Positions 8,504 to 15,735 of a DNA stretch of 32,000 bases are shown here, in pieces; within the stretch, counting starts at the first letter, position 1, and each line of letters opens with the position of its first letter. Both the position numbers and the translations under genes were made by a program. The notes under the pieces are model-generated. The model ran no database searches, had not been told where the DNA came from, and was given only the letters and a program-made list of their open reading frames with translations. The DNA is from Cereibacter sphaeroides 2.4.1. Its GTDB lineage: Bacteria; Pseudomonadota; Alphaproteobacteria; Rhodobacterales; Rhodobacteraceae. Where the stretch lies: contig NC_007493.2 of assembly GCF_000012905.2 (NCBI RefSeq), positions 1,890,001 through 1,922,000 of the forward strand, given 5' to 3'.

Positions 8504-9305
8504 TCACTCGTCATAGGAATGCCCCGCCCTGAGGCCCTCGCGGACGCGATGGGCGATCTCGATGAAGTCGCGGCTGTCGCGGATGTCGAGCGGACGCTCC
8601 CGCGGCAGCGGGCTTTCGATCACGTCGGTGATCCGGCCCGGGCGGGGCGACATCACCACGATCCTCGTCGAGAGATAGACCGCCTCGGGGATGGAATGGG
8701 TGACGAAGCCGATGGTCTTGCCGGTCCGCGCCCAGAGCTTCAGCAGCGCCTCGTTCAGCCGGTCGCGCACGATCTCGTCGAGCGCGCCGAAGGGCTCGTC
8801 CATCAAGAGGATGTCCGCATCAAAAGCCAGCGCCCGCGCGATCGACGCGCGCTGCTGCATCCCCCCCCGACAGCTGCCAAGGGTATTTCTTGCCGAACCC
8901 GTCGAGCTCGACCAGCTGCAGCACCTCCCGCACCCGCCGCTCCTGCTCGTCGCGGGCAAAGCCCATGATCTCGAGCGGCAGGCGGATGTTGCCCGCGATG
9001 GTGCGCCAGGGATAAAGCCCTGCCGCCTGAAACACATAGCCATAGGCGCGGCGGCGGCGCGCCTCCTCGGGCGTCATGCCGTTCACGCGCAGCTCGCCCT
9101 CGGTCGGATGTTCGAGGGCGGCCACCGCACGCAGGAAGGTGGTCTTGCCGCAGCCGGAGGGGCCGATGAAGGAGACGAAATCCCCCTTCATCACCCGGAG
9201 GTTCACGTCCTTCAGCGCATGGACCGGCCCGTCGGCGGTGGCGAAGGTCAACCCCACGCCGCGGGCTTCGATCACCGGCCGGCCCGTCGCAAGACCGTCC
9301 GCCAT
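8504..9305 (-). pseudogene. ABC transporter ATP-binding protein interrupted by a +1 frameshift in a G8 (C8 on + strand, 8861-8868) homopolymer
   Basis: The N-terminal part (MADGLATGRPVIEARGVGLTF...GPSGCGKTT...KKYPWQLSGG) is in the frame of track ORF 8820..9818. The C-terminal part (GGMQQRASIARALAFDADILLMDEPFGALDE...) is in the frame of ORF 8504..9043. The junction reads CAGCTGTCGGGGGGGGATGCAGCAG; with 7 G it would encode the canonical QLSGGMQQR. The span is 802 nt (3n+1). The start ATG 9305 overlaps the hydA stop as TGATG. Confidence 0.75.
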
Positions 9306-10756
9306 CACACCCCCGTGGCCGGAATGCCGGACCGTTCGACCGCGCGCGGCGCCGTCAGCTCCTTCCAGGCCGAGAGGGCGCGGTTGACAGCCGGACGCGG
9401 CTCGCGCGCCACGAACTGCCCGTGGCCTTCCTCGGTGCGGATCTCGCCATCCGCCACCGCGACCTTGCCGCGGCTGAGCGTGAAGCGCGGCAGGCCCTTC
9501 ACCTCCTTGCCCTCGAACACGTTGTAATCGATGGCCGACTGCTGCGCGCCCGCCGAGATCACCTTGGTCTTCTCCGGATCCCAGACCACGAGGTCCGCAT
9601 CCGCCCCCACCAGAACCGCGCCCTTCTTCGGGTAGCAGTTCAGGATCTTCGCGATATTGGTCGAGGTCACCGCCACGAATTCGTTCGGCGTCAGGCGCCC
9701 CGTATTCACCCCTTGGGTCCAGAGCATCGGCATCCGGTCCTCGAGCCCGCCGGTGCCGTTCGGGATCTTGGTGAAATCGCCCACCCCGAAGCGCTTCTGC
9801 TCGGTGGTGAAGGCGCAATGGTCCGTCGCCACGACCGACAGGGATCCCGACTGCAGCCCGGCCCAGAGACTGTCCTGATGCTGCCTGTTCCGGAAAGGCG
9901 GGCTCATCACCCGGCGGGCGGCATGGTCCCAGTCGGGGTGGAAATATTCGCTCTCGTCCAGCGTCAGATGCTGGATCAGCGGCTCGCCCCAGACCCTCTT
10001 GCCCTGCATCCGCGCGCGCCGGATCGCCTCGTGCGCCTCCTCGCAGGAGGTATGGACGACATAGAGCGGCACGCCCGCCATGTCCGCGATCATGATCGCG
10101 CGGTTGGTGGCCTCGCCCTCGACCTGCGGGGGGCGCGAATAGGCATGGGCCTCGGGGCCGCGGTTGCCCTCAGCCAGCAGGCGCGCCGACAGCTCGGCCA
10201 CCACATCGCCGTTCTCGGCATGGACCATGGCGAGCGCCCCCAGATCGGCGCAGCGACGGAAGCTCGCATAGAGCTCGTCGTCGTTCACCATCAGCGCGCC
10301 CTTGTAGGCCATGAAATGCTTGAACGAGGTGATCCCCTGATCCACCACCGCCTGCATCTCGTCGAAGACCTGCTCGCCCCACCAGGTGATCGCCATATGG
10401 TAGGAATAGTCGCAGTTGGCGCGCCCCGACTTGTTGTGCCACATGGCGAGCGCATCCATCAGCCCCTGCCCGGGGGCGGGCAGCGCGAAATCGACCACCA
10501 TCGTCGTCCCGCCCGCCAGCGCCGCGCGGGTGCCGCTCTCGAAATCGTCCGAGGAATAGGTGCCCATGAAGGGCATCTCGAGATGGGTATGCGGGTCGAT
10601 GCCGCCCGGCATGACATAGCAGCCGGTCGCGTCCAGCACCTCGTCCCCCGCGAGATCGGGTCCGATCTCGGTGATGATCCCGCCCTCGATCCGCACATCG
10701 GCCCTGTAGGTGAGATCGGCCGTGACGATCGTTCCGTTCCTGATGACTGTGCTCAT
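9305..10756 (-). CDS. hydA: dihydropyrimidinase (D-hydantoinase), 483 aa
   Basis: C-terminal 483 aa of track ORF 9305..11497, starting MSTVIRNGTIVTADL... behind a GGAAGGAGAGG SD. Metal-binding GGIDPHTHLEMPF motif, and HAENGD and ATDHCAF motifs of cyclic amidohydrolases. Confidence 0.9.
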   Translation of the reverse strand: MSTVIRNGTIVTADLTYRADVRIEGGIITEIGPDLAGDEVLDATGCYVMPGGIDPHTHLEMPFMGTYSSDDFESGTRAALAGGTTMVVDFALPAPGQGLMDALAMWHNKSGRANCDYSYHMAITWWGEQVFDEMQAVVDQGITSFKHFMAYKGALMVNDDELYASFRRCADLGALAMVHAENGDVVAELSARLLAEGNRGPEAHAYSRPPQVEGEATNRAIMIADMAGVPLYVVHTSCEEAHEAIRRARMQGKRVWGEPLIQHLTLDESEYFHPDWDHAARRVMSPPFRNRQHQDSLWAGLQSGSLSVVATDHCAFTTEQKRFGVGDFTKIPNGTGGLEDRMPMLWTQGVNTGRLTPNEFVAVTSTNIAKILNCYPKKGAVLVGADADLVVWDPEKTKVISAGAQQSAIDYNVFEGKEVKGLPRFTLSRGKVAVADGEIRTEEGHGQFVAREPRPAVNRALSAWKELTAPRAVERSGIPATGV

Positions 10757-10854
10757 GATCCTCTCCTTCCGCCGCGGCCTCCCGGGCCCGGCCTGCGGGA
10801 CCGGCGCCATCCCCGCCGCCCGTCCCTCACTCTGCGCAAATATCCTCGGGGGGT

Positions 10855-10877
10855 CCGGGGGGCAGACAGCCCCCCGG
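10855..10877 (-). terminator. strong GC hairpin (CCGGGGGGC-agaca-GCCCCCCGG) between the carbamoyl hydrolase and hydA
   Basis: 9-bp perfect stem, 8 nt downstream of the hydrolase stop. No adjacent U-tract, so it may be an attenuator or mRNA-stability element rather than a full terminator. Confidence 0.35.
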
Positions 10878-10884
10878 CCTGTCC

Positions 10885-12144
10885 TCAGGCCACGACGCCC
10901 GCCGTCTCGAGCACCGCGTGAAACAGCACATCCGTCCCGGCCGCGGCCCAGTCGGGCGAGATCTCCTCGGCCTCGTTGTGCGACAGCCCGCCCACGCAGG
11001 GGCACATGACCATGGTCGCGGGCGCCACGCGCGCCGCCCAGCAGGCATCGTGGCCCGCGCCCGAAATCAGGTCCATGTGGCTGAACCCCAGCCGCTCGGC
11101 CGCCGCCCGCACATTGGCCACGAGCTCGGGCGCGAAGGTCACCGGATCGAAATGGCCCACCGGATCGACCGCGCAGCCCACGCCCAGTTCGGCGCAGATC
11201 GCCGCGGCGCGGCTCTCGATGGCCGCGCGCATCCCGTCGAGCTTGGCCTGATCGGGCGAGCGGATGTCGACGGTGAAGACCACCGTCCCCGGCAGCACGT
11301 TGCGCGAGTTGGGGCTGAAGGTCACCTGCCCCACGCCGCCCACGGCGCCGGGCTGGGCGGCCATCGCCACCTCCTGCACCATCTCGAAGATCCGCGCCAT
11401 GGCGAGGCCCGCGTTGGTGCGCATCGCCATCGGCGTCGAGCCGGTATGGGCCTCCCTGCCCGTCAGGGTGAATTCGAGCCACCAGAGGCCCTGACAATGG
11501 GTCACCACGCCGATGGTCCTGCCCTCGGCCTCGAGGATCGGCCCCTGCTCGATATGGAGCTCGTAATAGGCGTGCATCCGGCGCGCGCCCACCTCCTCCT
11601 CGCCCTTCCAGCCGATGCGGGCCAGTTCCTCGCCGTAGCTCTTGCCCTCGAGATCGCGCCGCCCATAGGCGTAATCGAGCGAATGGACGCCCGCGAACAC
11701 GCCCGAGGCCAGCATGGCGGGGGCAAAGCGTGCGCCCTCCTCGTTGGCCCAGTTCGTCACGACGATCGGATGTTTCGTGCGGATGCCGAGATCGTTCAGA
11801 CTGCGCACCACCTCGAGCGCGCCCAGCACCCCCAGCACCCCGTCATATTTCCCGCCGGTGGGCTGGGTGTCGAGGTGACTGCCCACATAGACCGGAAGCG
11901 CCTCGGGGTCCTCGCCCGCACGGGTGGCGAACATGGTGCCCATCGCATCCACGCCCATGGTGCAGCCCGCCTCCTCGCACCAGCGGGCGAACAGCGCGCG
12001 GCCCTCGGCATCGGCATCGGTCAGGGTCTGGCGGTTGTTGCCGCCTGCGACGCCCGGGCCCACCTTCGCCATCTGCATCAGGCTGTCCCACAGGCGTTCG
12101 CCATCGATGCGCAGGTTCTCGCCTGCCGCCGCCGTTCCGGCCAT
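10885..12144 (-). CDS. Zn-dependent M20-family amidohydrolase (allantoate amidohydrolase / N-carbamoyl-amino-acid hydrolase family); probable beta-ureidopropionase by context
   Basis: Track ORF of 419 aa. The ATG is preceded by GGGAG. Family motifs GSHLDTQPTGGKYDG, WANEEGARF and YYELHIEQGP are present. First gene of the operon containing hydA. Confidence 0.85.
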   Translation of the reverse strand: MAGTAAAGENLRIDGERLWDSLMQMAKVGPGVAGGNNRQTLTDADAEGRALFARWCEEAGCTMGVDAMGTMFATRAGEDPEALPVYVGSHLDTQPTGGKYDGVLGVLGALEVVRSLNDLGIRTKHPIVVTNWANEEGARFAPAMLASGVFAGVHSLDYAYGRRDLEGKSYGEELARIGWKGEEEVGARRMHAYYELHIEQGPILEAEGRTIGVVTHCQGLWWLEFTLTGREAHTGSTPMAMRTNAGLAMARIFEMVQEVAMAAQPGAVGGVGQVTFSPNSRNVLPGTVVFTVDIRSPDQAKLDGMRAAIESRAAAICAELGVGCAVDPVGHFDPVTFAPELVANVRAAAERLGFSHMDLISGAGHDACWAARVAPATMVMCPCVGGLSHNEAEEISPDWAAAGTDVLFHAVLETAGVVA

Positions 12145-12214
12145 TTCGATCTCCCTGTCCGGGGTCGCGGCAGGTTGCTCCGCCTGCGCCCCGACTCTTC
12201 TGTTGCTCTTTGTT

Positions 12215-12228
12215 CGACCATCCGGTCA
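12215..12228. promoter_or_regulatory. RutR-type operator candidate 1 (cGACC-atcc-GGTCA)
   Basis: The 16-mer 12214-12229 matches the E. coli RutR consensus TTGACCAnnTGGTCAA at 11/14 specified positions (hand alignment). It lies in the divergent hydrolase/TetR intergenic region. Confidence 0.55.
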
Positions 12229-12248
12229 GATCGAAGCGCACCATAACC

Positions 12249-12262
12249 TGACCAAGCGGTCA
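12249..12262. promoter_or_regulatory. RutR-type operator candidate 2 (TGACC-aagc-GGTCA, perfect inverted repeat)
   Basis: The 16-mer 12248-12263 matches the RutR consensus at 12/14 positions. It sits 20 nt upstream of the first TetR start codon. Confidence 0.6.
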
Positions 12263-12281
12263 ATAAATTTCTCGAGACGCC

Positions 12282-12914
12282 ATGCCGGATGCAGTCCGCC
12301 CTTCCAAGCGCGAGGAAACCCGCCGCGAGACCGAGCGCACCATCCTCGCGGCAGCTGAAAAAGTCTTTGCGGAAGCGGGGTTTGGCGGGGCAACCATGCA
12401 GCTCATCGCCGACATGGCGGGGCTGCCCAAGGCCAATCTGCACTATTATTTCCCGACCAAGGAGGCGCTCTACCGTCGCGTCGTGGGCGAGATCTTCGAG
12501 ATCTGGCTGCAGGCAGCCGAAGCGCTGGATCAGGCGCAGTGCCCGGTGGAGGGCATCGGTGCCTATATCGACGCCAAGATGGAAATCTCGCGCCGCCATC
12601 CGTTCGGCTCGAAGGTCTGGGCCTCCGAGGTGATGCACGGCGCCCCGGTGATCCAGGATTATCTGGAATCCACGCTGCGCGACTGGACCGAGGGACGGGC
12701 GGCCGCGATCCGGCGCTGGATCTCCAACGGGCAGATGCAGCCCGTCGATCCGCATCACCTGCTCTACATGCTCTGGGCCACGACCCAGCATTATGCCGAC
12801 TTCGGCCACCAGATCGAGACGCTGAACGGCGGGCGGCCGCTCTCGGACGAGGATTGGGCCGCCGCCACCCGCAGCGTCAAGGAGATCATCCTGCGCGGCG
12901 TGGGCGCCCTCTGA
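12282..12914 (+). CDS. TetR-family transcriptional regulator, RutR/YcdC-like (paralog 1)
   Basis: Track ORF of 210 aa. N-terminal TetR HTH (ILAAAEKVFAEAGFGGATMQLIADMAGLPKANLHYYFPTKEALY). C-terminal WATTQHYADF motif typical of the RutR/YcdC C-terminal domain. Confidence 0.85.
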   Translation: MPDAVRPSKREETRRETERTILAAAEKVFAEAGFGGATMQLIADMAGLPKANLHYYFPTKEALYRRVVGEIFEIWLQAAEALDQAQCPVEGIGAYIDAKMEISRRHPFGSKVWASEVMHGAPVIQDYLESTLRDWTEGRAAAIRRWISNGQMQPVDPHHLLYMLWATTQHYADFGHQIETLNGGRPLSDEDWAAATRSVKEIILRGVGAL

Positions 12915-13026
12915 GCCGGACCCGTTCGCCCGGCGACGGCCGGCGACATGCCCGCGCCACACCGTGCCTCGCGTCACGGCCCGGCCACAGCGGGCGGTGC
13001 GGCGCGCCTTCCCGCCGGCAAGGGTT

Positions 13027-13040
13027 TGACCGTCCGGTCA
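13027..13040. promoter_or_regulatory. RutR-type operator candidate 3 (TGACC-gtcc-GGTCA, perfect inverted repeat)
   Basis: The 16-mer 13026-13041 matches the RutR consensus at 11/14 positions. It lies in the 189-nt spacer upstream of the second TetR gene. Confidence 0.55.
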
Positions 13041-13074
13041 GGAACGGACTAGCATCCGGCGGAAGGAGCGCCCC

Positions 13075-13107
13075 ATGCCGCCAGTCTGCCCCGGACCCCG
13101 CCGATGA
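13075..13107 (+). promoter_or_regulatory. candidate 10-codon upstream ORF (MPPVCPGPRR*) translationally coupled to the second TetR gene
   Basis: The GGAAGGAG SD (13061-13068) sits 6 nt before ATG 13075. The uORF stop TGA (13105-13107) overlaps the TetR ATG (13104-13106) as ATGA. No comparable SD precedes ATG 13104. Confidence 0.3.
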
Positions 13108-13715
13108 GCCCGCCGCGCCGGACGCGCATCCAGAGGCGCAATTCCGAGACGATCCTCGACGCAGCCCTCGAGGTCTTTTCGGCCCAGGGCTTCCGCGGCG
13201 CCACGCTCGACCAGATCGCCGAGGTGGCGGGCCTGTCGAAGCCGAACCTGCTCTATTACTTCCCCTCGAAGGAGGCCATTCATCTGGCGCTCCTGTCGCG
13301 GCTCCTTGAGACCTGGCTCGATCCGCTGAAGGCGATGAACCCCGACGGCGATCCCGTGACCGAGATCCTGCTCTATGTGCGCCGCAAGCTGGAGCTGTCG
13401 CGCGACTTCCCGCGCGAAAGCCGCCTGTTCGCCAACGAGATCCTGCAGGGCGCGCCGCGGATGCGCAGGGTGATCGAGACGGAACTCAAGGATCTGGTGG
13501 CGGAGAAGGCCCGGATCCTCACGCGCTGGATGGAGGAGGGCCGGATCGCGCGGCTCCATCCGGTGCATCTGATCTTCTCGATCTGGGCCATGACCCAGCA
13601 TTATGCCGATTTCGAGATGCAGGTGGGCACGGTACTGGGACCGGACGAGCCCGACCCCTATCCGGAGGCCGGGCTCTATCTCGACACTCTGTTCCGCCGC
13701 CTGCTGGCCGTCTGA
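13104..13715 (+). CDS. TetR-family transcriptional regulator, RutR/YcdC-like (paralog 2)
   Basis: Track ORF of 203 aa. HTH ILDAALEVFSAQGFRGATLDQIAEVAGLSKPNLLYYFPSKEAIH. C-terminal WAMTQHYADF motif shared with paralog 1. Confidence 0.85.
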   Translation: MSPPRRTRIQRRNSETILDAALEVFSAQGFRGATLDQIAEVAGLSKPNLLYYFPSKEAIHLALLSRLLETWLDPLKAMNPDGDPVTEILLYVRRKLELSRDFPRESRLFANEILQGAPRMRRVIETELKDLVAEKARILTRWMEEGRIARLHPVHLIFSIWAMTQHYADFEMQVGTVLGPDEPDPYPEAGLYLDTLFRRLLAV

Positions 13716-13728
13716 GGCAGGAAGGAAC

Positions 13729-13750
13729 GGGCTCCCCTCGCGGGGAGCCC
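13729..13750. terminator. hairpin between convergent TetR and preA genes (GGGCTCCCC-tcgc-GGGGAGCCC)
   Basis: 9-bp perfect stem in the 40-nt convergent gap. Only TT follows on the + strand. Confidence 0.4.
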
Positions 13751-13755
13751 TTAGG

Positions 13756-15060
13756 TCACTCGGCGGCTTCGCGCACCGAGGGGTTGTTCGGGTGGCCCAG
13801 CCAGTTGGCATAGTCCCCCACCGTCCGGCCCGTGCGCGGATCGAGCGCGCCCTTCGGCAGCTCGCGCATTGTGATGCAGTCCTCCACCGGGCAGACATCG
13901 ACGCAGAGGTTGCAGGCCACGCATTCCTCGTCCTTCACCGTGAAGGTGCGATCGGTCGACATGGCGATGGCCTGATGGCTGGTGTCCTCGCAGGCGGCGT
14001 AGCAGCGGCCGCACTTGATGCAGAGGTCCTGATCGATCTCCGCCTTGGTGACATAGTTGAGGTTCAGATACTGCCAGTCCGTCACGTTCGGAACCGCGCG
14101 CCCCACCAGATCGGCGGTCGAGGCGAAGCCCTTGGCGTCCATGTAGTCCGAGAGGCCCGAGATCATCTCCTGCACGACGCGGAAGCCGTAGGTCATGGCC
14201 GCGGTGCAGACCTGCACATTGCCCGCCCCGAGCAGCATGAACTCGACCGCATCCCGCCAGGTGGTGACGCCGCCGATGCCCGAGATCGGCAGCCCGTGCG
14301 TCTCGGGGTTGCGCGCGATCTCGGCCACCATGTTCAGCGCGATGGGCTTGACCGCCGGACCGCAATAGCCGCCATGGGTGCCCTTGCCGTCGATGGTGGG
14401 CATCGGCGCGAAACTGTCGATGTCCACGCCGGTGATCGAATTGATCGTGTTGATGAGGCTCACCGCGTCCGCGCCGCCGCGCCTGGCCGCTTCGGCCGGC
14501 TTGCGGATGTCGGTCACATTGGGCGTGAGCTTCACGATGCAGGGCATCTGGCTGTGCTGCTTCACCCAGCGCGTGACCATCTCGATATATTCGGGCACCT
14601 GCCCCACGGCCGAGCCCATGCCGCGCTCGGCCATGCCGTGCGGGCAGCCGAAGTTCAGCTCGACGCCGTCGGCTCCGGTATCCTCGACATGGGCGAGGAT
14701 CGCCTTCCAGCTCTCCTCATCGCAGGGCACCATCAGCGAGACCACGAGGGCGCGGTCGGGATAGTCGCGCTTGACCGACTTGATCTCGCGCAGGTTCACC
14801 TCGAGCGGCCGGTCGGTGATGAGTTCGATGTTGTTCAGCCCGAGGAGCCGCCGGTCGGCGCCATAGATCGCGCCGTAGCGGGGGCCGTTCACGTTGACGA
14901 CCGGCGGGCCTTCGGAGCCCAGCGTCTTCCAGACGACGCCGCCCCAGCCGGCCTCGAAGGCGCGGCGGACGTTGTATTCCTTGTCGGTCGGCGGCGCCGA
15001 GGCGAGCCAGAACGGATTCGGCGACTTGATGCCGATGAAGTCGGAACGGAGGTTTGCCAT
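13756..15060 (-). CDS. preA: NAD-dependent dihydropyrimidine dehydrogenase subunit PreA (dihydroorotate-dehydrogenase-like FMN domain plus 2x[4Fe-4S] ferredoxin tail)
   Basis: Track ORF of 434 aa (MANLRSDFIGIKSPNPFWLASAPPT...). C-terminal CIKCGRCYAACED and CVACNLCVDVCPV clusters. GAGGAG SD before ATG 15060. Confidence 0.9.
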   Translation of the reverse strand: MANLRSDFIGIKSPNPFWLASAPPTDKEYNVRRAFEAGWGGVVWKTLGSEGPPVVNVNGPRYGAIYGADRRLLGLNNIELITDRPLEVNLREIKSVKRDYPDRALVVSLMVPCDEESWKAILAHVEDTGADGVELNFGCPHGMAERGMGSAVGQVPEYIEMVTRWVKQHSQMPCIVKLTPNVTDIRKPAEAARRGGADAVSLINTINSITGVDIDSFAPMPTIDGKGTHGGYCGPAVKPIALNMVAEIARNPETHGLPISGIGGVTTWRDAVEFMLLGAGNVQVCTAAMTYGFRVVQEMISGLSDYMDAKGFASTADLVGRAVPNVTDWQYLNLNYVTKAEIDQDLCIKCGRCYAACEDTSHQAIAMSTDRTFTVKDEECVACNLCVDVCPVEDCITMRELPKGALDPRTGRTVGDYANWLGHPNNPSVREAAE

Positions 15061-15081
15061 GGGATGCTCCTCAGAAATGGG

Positions 15082-15123
15082 GAACGGGCCGCGGTGCGGC
15101 CTGAACGGGTGCCATGGAACGGG
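15082..15123. repeat. three direct copies of the heptamer GAACGGG (15082, 15103, 15117) in the DedA-preA spacer
   Basis: Read directly from the sequence; CCCGUUC x3 on the transcript strand. Single copies of the heptamer also occur in other intergenic spots (12921, 13725, 23274, 31126). Confidence 0.5.
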
Positions 15124-15132
15124 CGGAAAGGG

Positions 15133-15672
15133 TCAGCCGCCCGTGACGAGGTTCCAGAGGTAGCCCAGGACGTCGCCGCCGATCTCGCCGGATTTCGGCG
15201 TGGCCCAGGCCCAGGCGATGCAGCCCACGATGTTGACCGCCGCAAACTTCCAGAAGTTGAGCCGCGAGACGCCCGACATCACGAAGACGACAGCCCGCAG
15301 CGGGCCGAAGAAGTGGCCGATCAGCACCGCCAGCGATCCCCAGCGCGCAAAGGCATGGGTGCCGCGTGCCACGAGCGCCCGATGGTCGCGCATGGGCCGC
15401 ATCTCCAGCGCCCGGGGTCCGAAGCGCCAGCCGAGCCAGTAGGAGAAGAACGAGCCGATCATCGCGCCGATGCTCGCGCCGATCCAGATCGGCGTGAAGT
15501 TCAGCCCGCCGGTCGAGACCAGAGCGCCCACGCCGAAGAGGATGGCGGTGGAGGGGATGAGGATCGACAGGAACGCCGTCGTTTCCGCTGCCGCGAAGAT
15601 CATCGCGATCCAGAGCGCCCAGGCGCTGTTGTCGCGGATGAAGTCCACGATCGTTTCCACGATGCCTTCCAT
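15133..15672 (-). CDS. DedA-family (VTT/SNARE-associated domain) inner-membrane protein
   Basis: Track ORF of 179 aa (MEGIVETIVDFIRDNSAWALWIAMIFAAAETTAFLSILIPSTAILF...YWLGWRFG...). Hydrophobic multi-TM profile. GGAGAGG SD before ATG 15672. Confidence 0.8.
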   Translation of the reverse strand: MEGIVETIVDFIRDNSAWALWIAMIFAAAETTAFLSILIPSTAILFGVGALVSTGGLNFTPIWIGASIGAMIGSFFSYWLGWRFGPRALEMRPMRDHRALVARGTHAFARWGSLAVLIGHFFGPLRAVVFVMSGVSRLNFWKFAAVNIVGCIAWAWATPKSGEIGGDVLGYLWNLVTGG

Positions 15673-15735
15673 CCGCCTCTCCGCCTGTGACCGGGCGCCT
15701 GCCTAGCCCGAAGGAGGAAGCTGTGCAAGGCACGC

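Noticed and set aside
8320-8514. 64-aa ORF (minus strand) in the ATPase-permease spacer
   Set aside because: It has no SD. It overlaps the ATPase stop and the permease start regions, its composition is unlike the neighbouring genes, and it lies across palindromic and repeat sequence.
8861-8868. Programmed ribosomal frameshifting or a designed phase-variation switch at the G8 tract
   Set aside because: There is no downstream stimulatory structure or known recoding precedent for ABC ATPases that I can point to. A simple indel (real or a sequencing error) is more parsimonious. It is kept as a finding only as a frameshift that needs read-level verification.
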